Below, piece by piece: positions 49,780-61,800 of a stretch of DNA of 64,000 bases. Where the stretch lies: assembly GCA_030265395.1 (NCBI GenBank), contig JARFYF010000017.1, forward strand, positions 30,599,684 to 30,663,683, given 5' to 3'. Source of the stretch: Rhina ancylostomus. Lineage: Eukaryota. The notes beneath the pieces are model-generated. The model saw nothing but the letters and a program-made list of their open reading frames with translations, ran no database searches and was not told the origin of the DNA. Position 1 is the first letter of the stretch. Every line of letters starts with the position of its first letter. A program made the translations under genes and the position numbers.

Positions 49780-50940
49780 GGCATCACTGGTAAATAAGAT
49801 TAAGGAAAGTCCTAAAACATGTTACATATTTATTGATAGCAGGAGGGTAACCCTGAGGCCAACTAAGGAATAAAATGGCAATCTGTGCATGGAGCTGGAG
49901 GTGTTGGTAGGTCTTAAATCAATACTTCCCATTTGTACTCACTAATGTACAAGTCCAAAAATCCTTGAGGGTGGTAGCAGAGGCAGATAAGGTGACAAAG
50001 AGGGCATATCAAATACTTGCCTTCATTAACTGGAACATAGAACACGAAAGCAGGGAAGTTATATGCAACTTTATAAAATGTTGGTAAGGCTCTAGTTGTG
50101 TTACACATGTCTGGTGGCAACATCGTAGGATTCACTAGGATATTAGAGCCATAGAGAAATACAGCATGGAAACAGGTCTTTCGGTCCAACTTGCCTATGC
50201 CGACCAATATCTAAGCTCGTCCCATTAGCCCACATTTTGCACATATCCCTCTAAACCTTTCCTATCCATCTACATGTGCAAGTGACTTTTAAATGTTTCT
50301 ATTGTACCTGCCTCAACCTCTTCCTCTGGCAGCTTATTCAAAATACACACCAAGGGAGTTGTCAATTGGATTCCTTTTAAATCTTTCCCTTCTCACATAA
50401 ACCTGTGCCCTGCAGTTTATGATTCCCTTTCCCTGAAAAAAAGACTGTGTGCATTCATTAGCTTAATGCTCCTCATGATTTTATATACTACTGTAAGGTC
50501 ACCCCTCAGTCTCATACACTCCAATGCATAAAGTCCTAGCCTGCCCAATCTCTCCTTTGAGTCCTGGAAACAATCTTGTGATTTTGCCTGGAATGGAGTA
50601 TAAAGGTACACAATATTATGAGGGGCATCAGAGGGGTTAACAGTAGGAAATTTTTCTCAATAGAAGACTGGAGGGCATAAGTTTAAGATGAGGTGTGAGA
50701 TGCTTGGGGGGATCGGAGGAAGAACTTTTCCACCCAGAGGGTGGTTGGAATCTGGAACACACTGCCTGACTAAGTGGTGGAGGTCGGTACTTCTACAACA
50801 TTAATAAGTACCTTGATGAGCACTTGTATGCATAGAAAGCTGATGCTGGTAAATGGGATTAGTACAGATAGCATTTTGTGATCCTCATGGACATGGTGGG
50901 CTGTGTGCCCTGCTTCTGTGCTGCATGAGTCTATGACTTC
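49780..50940 (+). mobile_element. CR1 LINE fragment(s) split by an antisense CR1
   Basis: YKMLVR..RFTRIL before 50145; LPGME..ttttccacccagagggtggttggaatctggaacacactgcct (FTQRVVGIWNTLP) and tail gtgctgcatgagtctatgac after 50580. Confidence 0.78.
50148..50581 (-). mobile_element. CR1 (HER1-like) 3' fragment
   Basis: KERLGRLGLYALECMRLRGDLTVVYKIMRSI; reverse tail atagagaaatacagcatggaaacagg. Confidence 0.88.
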
Positions 50941-51412
50941 GATCAGTTACGATTATTCTATTATCAAGACTCATCACAAGATCACTCTTGCATTCGCTCT
51001 CTCTGCCGTCATCCTCCTTAGAGCATTAGGATTTAGGTAATCAGATAGAGGGCATTTGTTGGCTTTTGCCTGCCCCCCTCACCCCCGAATTCCCCTGTTA
51101 ATTTCTGTGTACTAAAGCTAATTATTTCAAATTCCTCACTATCATTAGATACTTGGTTCTCCATTTCTAGTACATTTATTATATCTTTTGAAGGGAAGAC
51201 TAATTCGAAATGTTGCTGTTAAATGTCTCATCCATCTTTATTTTCCTGTACAAATTTCTTCTTCACCTGCCTCTAAGGGGCCCACATTTACTTTTGTCAT
51301 TCTCCTTTTTATAAACCTGCAGAAACTCTTAAAATTATTTTGAGTTTATTCCCAATTCAAGTTTGATTTATTTGTTGCTGGTGTTTTTATATCCCAATGG
51401 AATATACATTTA

Positions 51413-51500
51413 GATTCATAGAATTATACAGAATGGAAATAGTTCCCTTCGGCCCAACCTGTTCATGCTGACCAAGATGTCTGTCTGAGCTAATCCCATT
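51413..51500 (-). mobile_element. Short CR1 tail
   Basis: catagaattatacagaatggaaatag..cccttcggcccaacctgttcatgctgaccaag. Confidence 0.75.
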
Positions 51501-52384
51501 CGTTGTGAATTCACAATTATTTCTTGAAATGTTGGCAGTTGCTGATCCACTGGCAAATTTTTAATCTGATTTCACATTGTACCTTTGCCAGTTCAACCTT
51601 TTTACCTCAGCAACAGCCTTAAGTTCAGGGCTCTATGTTCTGATTAAAATGTGTGCTCCTTGAACAGAATATGAAATTCATTCATATTATGATTACTTTT
51701 TCCTTACTAATTAAACCTTTTGAATTGCACAATCAATGTTCGTAATAGTCTATTCCGAGTTGTTTTGGGACATTTTGTCAAGCTTCTGAGTTCTGGCCCT
51801 CAATTTGGCTCCATTAATGCATTGTTGTCCAGCACATGNNNNNNNNNNNNNNNNNNNNNNNNNNNNNNNNNNNNNNNNNNNNNNNNNNNNNNNNNNNNNN
51901 NNNNNNNNNNNNNNNNNNNNNNNNNNNNNNNNNNNNNNGTGTTTGTCCTGAGGAAGTATCCTGACTCCAGTCTTGTATCAGTGTGCTGCATTTGTGTTCT
52001 CTGTGAGTTTGCTCTCTATCAACATTTGTTCCATTAAATTGTCCTGAATGCATTAAAGGAACTCATTCTCTAAACTTTAAGCTTTAATACATCTCTTGTT
52101 ACTTCTTGATTAATACTCTCTCCAAGTGTTCTGTTTTATAAGGGACCAATGCTCATTGGTGTCTTTTTATTGTTTTTTATATACTTTTTCTCTAGCCTTC
52201 CTTATCTTCCTGATCTTCCAATCTAAGATTATTCCCTATTTCTGCTAATAGTCATCCTTTTTATTATCAAGTCTAGTATTTAGTTGTCCTTTCTACTTTC
52301 AAGTACCTTGGAATATTTAATTTCCAGGCTCAGCTACCACATAACCACAGCTTGGCTATGCCTATTAAGTGAAAACAATGCAGC

Positions 52385-52480
52385 TCTTTGTTCATCCATT
52401 ACTAGGGACCCTCACCATTTGGGACATGCCCTCCTCTCGTTACTACCACTGGGGAGGAGGTACAGGAGCCTGAAGACCCA
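52385..52480 (+). mobile_element. Rex1/Babar-like LINE C-terminal scrap
   Basis: SITRDPHHLGHALLSLLPLGRRYRSLKT matches Rex1-type IIKDPxHPGHxLFxLLPSGRRYRS. Confidence 0.75.
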
Positions 52481-54214
52481 GAAAGAGGTGATGCTTTAAA
52501 TTTTAACTTTTTAAACCATGGTTCCTCAATTGACCAGGCTCTGTAATGTATGCTCAAAGTTAAACCCTGCTCATTACACTCTGGTTATTATTATCCATTT
52601 TTATAGGGACCACATAAAATCTCTAATTTTCCCTCACTCAACCTTCCCACTACTTAATTTATCGTCTAATCCACTGCTTTAGATATTTGATTCACCAAGG
52701 TAAAAGGTTTATTTATCTGGAGTGATCCACTCAAAGACTGCACATATATTTATTCCATTCCATTATCTGGGCATTACCACATTTCTACCTGTAAGACCTT
52801 GATTTGAGAAAACTTCCCAAGGTACAACAGAAACTTCACTTCCAAGGAATTTATTTGGCTTTAAAGCACCTTGCAATTGAAGAAAGGCACCTATGGATGC
52901 AAGTCTTTCATATTGGTCCATTTCCTGGCTAACTAAAGTGTGGTAACTAATACAAAAAAAGGAAGTGAAACTATTTTCTTGGCCTGAATTTTTTAGGAGA
53001 GGCAGCTGGCTATCAGAAACTACATAGGCTAGAAGTGACCCAGTGTTCGAACAAACATTGCTCAATGTCAAAAATAAAAGCAGCTGGGAGCAAAAGCAAT
53101 CTACATTTGTCCCTTCTGATTACAAAAAAGGGTCCTTTGTCCAGATAAAGAAACTTATAAATATATAGATGTCAGAAATATGAATGCAAAGTGTACAAGA
53201 TAAAGCTATTCCTGCAAGCTTCACATTATATTGTGCCAAGGCACTCTAATCTCCCAAGTCCTTTTTGAAATAATTCTTTCCTTTTCAAAAAGGACATCAT
53301 CAGATTACATTAATATAACAAAGAAAGGAAGCGTGGTGGAGAGAATGATCCAAGTTGGGTCCATTTGAGACAGAAAGCAAAAAGATGCAGGTGCAGAGGG
53401 AACTTTATGTGAAAAACAAGTCATATTAAAAACAAAACTACTATCTGAACAGTCCTGCAGATGATGGAGTAATCACTATTGTTGACTGATGAAACCTGAG
53501 TTACAGATTTTTCAATATCAAGTTTGAGTACATTGAAGAACGATATGAATTATCAAAAAAAAACAGATACACAAGACTGTGGAAAAACACTGGGATGATG
53601 CAGAACTGGAACAAAATAATTGGAGTAGTATATGAATAGAAAGCCTGCCCAGGACAGGTAAATTTTCTGTCAAAACATTTCAGGTTTCGGTCAGCTTGGG
53701 CCATTTGTACAGGCCTGGTTCAGACCTTTATCCAGATGATTTACTTAGAATTACCACTTGTGTCATCTGTTCATCATCAACAATAAAGTATGTGCAGCAA
53801 AAAATTCCTTTTTTCCAGCTTTCTGCAAATACCCCGGGACAACCTGGGTTGGGTATGGGAAGGAATATGAGTATTCAGGTTGAGTTCTAATTGCTCGTGG
53901 TGATGTCAGGTTTAGATTCTATATCTGAGCAGACCTCGAGAACAATGGGTGACACATGGTCAATTTAAGATACTGCCTAAGGCAAATTCTAGTCCTTACA
54001 TTCTAAAGCTGCACCAGTCTCTATGTCAGCATAATCTACAGAAATGTTTCTTCAGACTAACATATTAAGGGGATAGTTATCACTCGCATCTCAAATCTGT
54101 GCCTTCTTCAGGAAAAATAAGCAATGAGTTGTGCAGTGGAATCACATGAGAGGTTTTTGTCTATGCTGCCTAGTTAGAGGTCTCTATAGAGTTCAAGTCA
54201 TGTATTTAATGTAT

Positions 54215-54680
54215 AAAAACACAAGAAATTAAGAGGTTAGGAAAAGCCATCTGGGCTCTTCAAACTTGTGCTGCCACTCAGTAAGTTTATGACTGTTCCT
54301 TTAGCTCACATCCACATCCTCTCAGTTCCCATGGCACCCTCAAATATATCAATGTCAGCCTTGAACATACTCAGTGACTGAGCACCCACTACCCTCCTTG
54401 ATTAGAGAATTCCAAAGAATTGCATGCCATTGAGTAAATACATTTCTTCACATCTCAGTCCTAAATGGCTAAACACTTAACCCGATTCAATGTCCTAACC
54501 CCAAGACTCTCCAGCCTGAGGAAACAGCAGATTATGCATGTAGCCTGTCAATCATTCTCTGAATCTTTTATGTTTCAAAGGAGATCATTCTTCTTAAGTC
54601 TAATGATGTAAGCAAATCTTACTATGTCTTTCCTCGTCAGATAATTTTGCAATCCTCTTAGTCAATCCAGTGAATCTATA
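54215..54680 (-). mobile_element. CR1 3' fragment
   Basis: Reverse tail aacacaagaaatt..gccatctgggctcttcaaacttgtgctgccactcagtaag; homologous to 49380-49700. Confidence 0.7.
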
Positions 54681-54899
54681 ATTCACCATTGGTAATTTTT
54701 TGATTTACTCCAAAGCTCTATTCTCCAAATAAAATAAGGACAAATAGATTGCATTAAGGGATAATACCAATGAACCAGCTGTCTAGATAATTACAGACAT
54801 GAAAACGTTAGCTTCATTGACTTCACACTTTATAAGCTGATTAAGTACTGATGTTTGGTCCAAAGAAAGCACTTGAATGTACACAACTGTTTGATTCTT

Positions 54900-56550
54900 G
54901 GATCTCTTTGTTAAAACAATACATAGTTGAATTACCAAAGAACTGATAATATATGAATGCATTCTTTGAAATAAAAATTGGTGAGAAGAACATATTGATG
55001 GTCAAAGTTAATAAATACAGACATAAAAACTGCAATGAATTGATTGGGCATTGTTACAAAAATGGAAAATGGTAGTCTTGATAGGTAAAATGAAATTGTG
55101 TTAAGGGTAAAGGTACAGATCTTCCATTGCCCCAAAAATTACTAGCCACTGCCCATGCTATGCCCTGTCAATAGGCAATAAGGTGGTAGTTAGAGTATAA
55201 TGTTATAATATGTTAGGCATTCAATTTTGGTAAGAAGACAAAGTTTTTGTTTTAAATGTTGAATAACTAATAGATGCTGAACCCAAATGTGCCATTTCAA
55301 GAAAGACAGGAAATTAACACTGAGCTACAGCAAGCAGTTCAAAAACTGAACAATATTTTGCCCTTCACCACAAGCATTTAAGTACGAGAGTAAAAACCTT
55401 GTTGTGATTGCGTATTGCTTAATAAGACTACCCCTGGATTTTGGTCTCCATAACAAAGGAAGGACAATTTTGTCTTGGTGACACAGAATAGAATTATTGG
55501 ATTAATTCCTGAGAACAGGGTATTGTTCTGTGGGAACGTAAAAGATAGAACAGTTCAGCAAAGGAACAGGTTCTTGTCTATGATAACCATGATGCCAAAT
55601 TAAAATAATCCCTCCATTGCCTGCCTAAATACCCCTTAAATGTCACTAACATATCTGCTTCTACCACCTCCCCGGTGGTGCATTCTAGTCATCTAGCACT
55701 ATCTTTGTAAAAAAAAAAGAACTTGCCCTGGACATCTCCGTTAAACTTTCCCTTTCTCCTCTAGCATTTGACATTTCCACCCTGGGAAAGAGAGGCTATC
55801 TACCCTATCTCTGCCTCCCTTAATTTTATACACTTCTATCATGTTGCCCCATAGAGTTCAACACTCCACAGAAAACAATCCAAGTTTGTCCAATCTCTCC
55901 TTACAGACAATGCTCTCTTATCCACGCAACATCCTGGTGAACCTCTTCCGCACCCTCTCCAAAGCCTCCAGATCCTTCCTGTAATGTGATGAGCAGAACT
56001 TCACACGATATTCCAAATATAGCCTAATCAAAGTTTTGTACTGCTGCAACATGATTTCCCAACTTTTATACTCAACGCCCTGACTGATGAAGGCAAGTAT
56101 GCCATACGCCTTCTTTACCACCCTTTCTATTTGTGTTGCCACTTTCAGGGAGCTATGGACCTGCACCCCAAGGTTCCCCTGTATATAAATGCAGTCTCAG
56201 GTTCCTGCCATGAGATTTTACTGAGTTAGAAGGAAGAGAGGCAATCACATTGAACCAAGATTCTGAGAAGGATTGACAAGATAGATATCACCTTCTGGCT
56301 GGACAACATAATGAGAGAGCATCGTATCAGTTTAAGAAATCGACCATGCAGGATTGAGACGAATGGAAATGTCTTTACTCAGAAAACTGTAATCCTATGG
56401 AATTTTCCACCTCAATATCTGCAAGAATATTTAAGGCTGAGACCAACAGATTTTGCACACAAACGAAATGGAACTAGGTGGAAAAATGGACCTGAGGTAC
56501 AGTATTGGCTATAATCTTATTGAATTTGGAGTTAGCTTCAGGGATTCCTG
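54900..56550 (+). mobile_element. Old CR1 fragment split by an antisense CR1
   Basis: Decayed motifs cattcaattttggtaagaag (HFGxK), ttttggtctccataacaaaggaaggac (FWSPxxRKD), ttagaaggaagagaggcaatcacattgaa (RRxRGxxIE), FTQKTVILWNF. Confidence 0.68.
55543..56208 (-). mobile_element. CR1 (HER1-like) 3' fragment, relatively well preserved
   Basis: QVHSSLKVATQIERVVKKAYGILAFISQGVEYKSWEIMLQQYKTLIRLYLEYRVKFCSSHYRKDLEALERVRKRFTRML. Confidence 0.93.
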
Positions 56551-56919
56551 CTTCTGAAATTATTCCTATATTTTTGTGATGGAAGCAGATGGAGTTCAGG
56601 AATGGGAAGAGAAGCCACTGTCAAGAATATACTGTTACTTTATTCTCCTCACGTTCCCATCAACCCTTGCCATGAAACTGAGATCTTTCTATAAAAGTTA
56701 TTCAAAAAAATAAGACATTAGAGATAAAACAAACATTGGAAAACTAAATTAGTCTTGACCTGTAATGTGATTGATGAAATAGTGCAATCAGGAGTCTGAC
56801 TGGCATGGTACAGTATAGCACGGTATTATCTGGCACAATACAGGAATGTTACAGCAATAGTCTAATTGGTCAGAGGGAATAGGTATTCCCATTTGATAAG
56901 GACTGGCAAAACGTAAAAG

Positions 56920-57605
56920 ACATCACAGCAAAGTAAATGGGCAAGAACATGGCAGGTGGAATATAACATGGAAAAATTTGAGGTCATCTGCCTCGGTAAA
57001 AAGAATGGCAAAGCAGAGCATTTTTAAGTTTTGAGAAAATGAATGGTATCTGAGTCCGGGGATCTGGGTTTACACGAATCACTAAAAGTCAGTCTGCAGG
57101 TACCACAAGCAATTAGAAATACAATTATATTGGCCCTGGAACTGCCTCTAGAATCTTGTATAGGTCTTCTCTCTCTCTCTCCCTCTCTCAGGAAGGATGT
57201 CCTTGTTGTAAGGAGTGTAATAAATGCTTACCATGAATACAAGGGTGGAAAATTTGTAATATGTGGAGAGATTAACCAGACCTGGCCTGTATTCTCTTGA
57301 GTATAGAAACATAAGAAATTCCGACAAATCAAGGTAGAATGCAGATCTGATGTATTCCCTGACTAGAACCAGGAATCTACTTTCCAGGACATAGTTTCTT
57401 CGTCCAGATAGTCTTGAATCTTTGGAATTCATGGCCCAAGAGGGTTGTAGAGGGTTAGCTGCTAACATATTCAAGATAGAGATCAATATATTTTAGGGAA
57501 GAGGGATTAGTGCAAGAAAGTACTGACGGAAAAGATCAGCTATGATCTTAATGAATGACAGAGCAAGTGCAATGGGATAAAGAGCACACTCCTGCTCCTT
57601 GTTTT
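56920..57605 (+). mobile_element. CR1 LINE 3' fragment
   Basis: KWARTWQVEYNMEKFEVICLGKKNGKAE matches CR1 EWAxxWQMEYNVEKCEVIHFGRKN; tail actcctgctcct. Confidence 0.8.
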
Positions 57606-58489
57606 TAAGTTTGCACTAATTAGGGCAGCAACCCTGCATTCCTCCCATTAAAGTAACAAATTGCATCTTACTGTTGCACTTTATTCGTGGCTGCCTAACT
57701 CTGTTGCCAAAACACAGGATCCTCCACGTGGGAATCTCATCAATCCCAACCACAAAACAAAGAGACCCATCACAGCTCTGTTGGACGGCAAAAGTATACA
57801 ATTAGATTATAGTCCATTGCCTTGTGACACATACCCAAGATTGTAGAAATTTCATCTTTACATAACATTGTTTACTTGTCACAAAGTATGCTTTTGTACA
57901 TTTCGTGAGTAGCCAGTGTTGAGCTCTGCTTGGATTAGGTTTGTGTAAAATCCTATTATGCTAATTTATTTCTCTAGTTGAGAATGGGGTCTATCAGTTT
58001 CAATCTTCCACCTCCCACTTGGTGCTTTCTCTGTTGTGCTAGACTTAGCTGGATTTGACAAAACTTTGGTGGTAAAACAGTCAAGACAGAATACAATTAA
58101 ATTTAATTTTGATTGCTGAAAGTTCTGCTATCACAGTCTGCGTCATTGATTTTTTTTCCTCTCTTGTAGGCAGTCCCTCAGGAGAGGATGACTTGCATCC
58201 TCTCTGGTTCTGAGGATTCTGAGGTGGAATACAACTGATGTTCAGCTGACTGGCTGCTGTTCAGTAAATCCCCTTCTACAATTCACAATTGCAGCAGAAA
58301 CCGTGTTGGTACGTGCACAGAGAGAAATGGGGATTGAGCAAAAGAGAGCATCTTATGAGTGATTTCTCTAATTTTTCCTTAAACCGCATACACAGACAAA
58401 TCAATATTGGACTCAAAAACATGAAGAGCTGGCAAAAGAACAAAAAAAAAACAGTTGCAATGATAGCCACAATAGCTCATGGAGCTTAC

Positions 58490-58835
58490 TTGCTGTTGAT
58501 CCTCTACGTCATTCATTTTCCCATCTAATTCCTGTATACTTTGCCCAAAAATATATGGATCACTGCCATGAATATATCAATAACAAGGGACCCACAACTT
58601 CTGGGGTACAGCATTACAAGGAACCATGACCCTTTGAGTAATGAAGTTTCTCTTCATCCCTGTCCAAATGACCAGGCTCAAATTCTGAGAAAATGCATCC
58701 TAGTTCTAAACTCACCAGAGGAAAATGTGCCTCTCTGTCAATTCCTCTCACAACTTTATATATTTCAATGAGATCATCTCTCACTCTTCTGAACTCCACT
58801 GAGTATAAGGCATTGGTATGCACATTACCTATACT
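58490..58835 (-). mobile_element. CR1 3' fragment
   Basis: LYSVEFRRVRDDLIEIYKVVRGIDR..FPLV. Confidence 0.82.
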
Positions 58836-61800
58836 CTTTGGATTGTTAAAAAACACAATCTGATTCTCAAAATTAGCAATCCAGAGCACTGCTGTATGTG
58901 CTGAAGCAGATTCAGAGACTCCAGAGAGTCTTCATCGATAATCCTACAAAAATAGGAACACTGAAATCCTCAAGAAAAAAGCCTTCAGATGTTATTACAA
59001 ATTTAAAACATTATCACATTAATTTTTCTTATCCCTCAATTGGTTCCCTCATCATCATACAATGCACCTCTACAATCCACCTGCACTACCTCACCAGTAA
59101 ACCAATTCCATGAATTCACCGCCTAATTCTGCACATTCCTCCTTCCTTTTCTTATGTTAAGTCCAAATTCACTTATAATTTTTAGTCAACCTCATATTCT
59201 AAGAGTTCAATTTTGCGACTACTTCCTCTTTCTTTAATGGCTATACTGGCAGCTTGTGTAGAGAAATAAAAAAACGTTTGTATTCCTTGCTACCAATACT
59301 ATAAATATTCAATCAACAGGTATGACTAAATCAAATGGGACACTTTTCTCCACTGAGGTGGAAATAGTCTAGAGATCTATTTCCGTATCTTTAACTGCAC
59401 TGAAAGAGGCAATTAAGGCTCACTGCATTTCACAGAAGATAATGCAAAGGGAAAAGTACAGCATACCCTTAATTTTTACAAGCAATAAGAGACANNNNNN
59501 NNNNNNNNNNNNNNNNNNNNNNNNNNNNNCAATTTTTATGTGTAATAAGTAACAATGGAAATGTATTAATAAGCTTAATATCATACAATAATATATTCTA
59601 TAATGGTAAAGTGGAGTAAACATAACAAGCCTAGCACCCATTTTACAAACTAAACAAGAACATTGAGCAAATGGAACATGGATATTGTAGCTAGTACTAT
59701 TTGTTGGAAACATGATTAATTTTACTGCTGCAGGTAATACATTGTTTTGAGAGTTATTAAACATTCCAATTTAAATAACCACGCAGGTTTCTACAGTATC
59801 ATCAAATTCATTTCTTACCATGAGCAGCGTTACCCTTGTTTTCACTCCTAGTAATTTCAGATACGGAACATGGCAAAGTACCAAATCTCTGCTGCCTACT
59901 GTATTTCATTGTTAAATAGGGCCTCACTATTAAGATCTACTATTGAAATAAATCGGCATTCAAAGTAAAAGAGAATAAAGATGTTGAGGGTGCCATTGTA
60001 GGCTTTGAAGGCAGTGGTGTCTGGTATTTCCACATTTCTTTCAAGAGGTCATTTAACACCTGTTCCAACTGCCACATGTGCTGTAGACATTTTAACCATG
60101 TTTGGTGCAGTGAAGGCTGTGCTTTGGTCCAGCTTATAAGTGGACTTTCTCGTTTCTAGCAATGAATCGCATTACCTGTGTGCCATGGGAGACTTTGTAC
60201 TTCAATGAACAGCAAAGAAAATCTTCATGACCTGTCAACCTATCATCTCTTCATGTTATATAAGCTCTGTATTATAAGACTACACTTAATACATTTTTAC
60301 ATTAATACATATTAATATTATTACATATTTTAATACACATGATAGATCATTCTCTCCCTGACAATCACATTTTAAATAAACCGCATTAATCAAATTTTCT
60401 GCATCGAGTTTTAATTTTGTACTGCAAATTAATCTATTGATTTCCCAGAAATCTTTGGATATTTTATTGTTGAAATAAACGAACATCTGATAAATTAAGA
60501 AATACAGTTTGTTTTATTGTTTTTTCTGAGTGCATATCCACCTCAAAAGTCAATGGCAGAAGCTAAGCGAGAATAAACTGCATATATTGCATATTATGAA
60601 AATCTTACTGAATGAGTTTCCTTATTAATAGTGGGGTAATTATCAATACACTTTATGCCAGAGTTTAAATCATTATCTTGGGTCAGCTAAAAACACCTGA
60701 TTATCTCATCAATTGAATGGGTATATCCACAGCACTGGATTTACACTCATGTGCTGCTGAAATTGCCCCCCAATATAACTGAATTTCTTTCCGATGGAAA
60801 GGTGCAAGACTGAAAAGCTAAATTTCTACTTTTGCACCAATATATAACCAGAATAGAAATTAACATTATCAAGTCAAAATTATTCCTAACCATTGTTGAA
60901 CAGACAAATGTATTATTAGAGAATCAATAATATTAGACAGCAATTAATAAGTCATAAATTTGTCCCATAAATGACACAGATTTTTCAGTTATAATTATGA
61001 ATAAGAATGTAACCTTTTGTTATATCTGTATGGGAACACTTGAGCACATAACATTGGCAAAGTGAAATGTGAAGTGGTATGCTTTTAGAAGAAATTGCTA
61101 TAATAAAATTGGTGGCAAAGGCGGCTCTCAAGAAATGGCATGAACTTCATTTGTTTTGTGCACCATTAAAATGTAATGTAAAAGCATATAGAAAACTCGA
61201 AGCTTAATAGCAGTCCCTCCACTTAATGCAGTGTATGGAAATGGAAAATGCTAATTCATGTTTCTCTCCATGTACAACTCTCCAGAGTGCAACAAAATAC
61301 AAATACACTTGCATACCTTAGTTCAATTTTATAAATACGATATAGTCCCCCTGAGTAATCCCCAAAGGCTTGTCTTTTTATCTCCCAAAGCTACAGAGGA
61401 AGAAATCACAGAAACACTTTCACATCATCTGCACAGGAAGTTCTCCCCTGTGCTGCTAGTTTGGCAGACTAATGTGAGACTATGTTAGCTATTGCTGCGC
61501 AAACTGGAATGTAAGCACTAAATTCCAGCACTGTTTTTACACAGGAAACAAAATACCAAATATATTCTAAGTGGAGCTGAACACAAAAACAAAATTCACC
61601 AGCTTGAAATAGATACATGAACATCTTTATGCCACAGTTAATTCCTAACACTATTACATTCAATTAACTCATTCATTGCACCTTATGACTATGCAAACAA
61701 TCATAATGGGACAATTTTTTTTATAGCAAGCAGCTATGTTTGACAGTTACATCAAAAAATAAACATTCATTTGTTCACATCTTTAGTCCTTCCAATGAAA

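Noticed and set aside
53690-53760. Possible CR1 ORF1 esterase remnant (LYKW..)
   Set aside because: Match too short to call.
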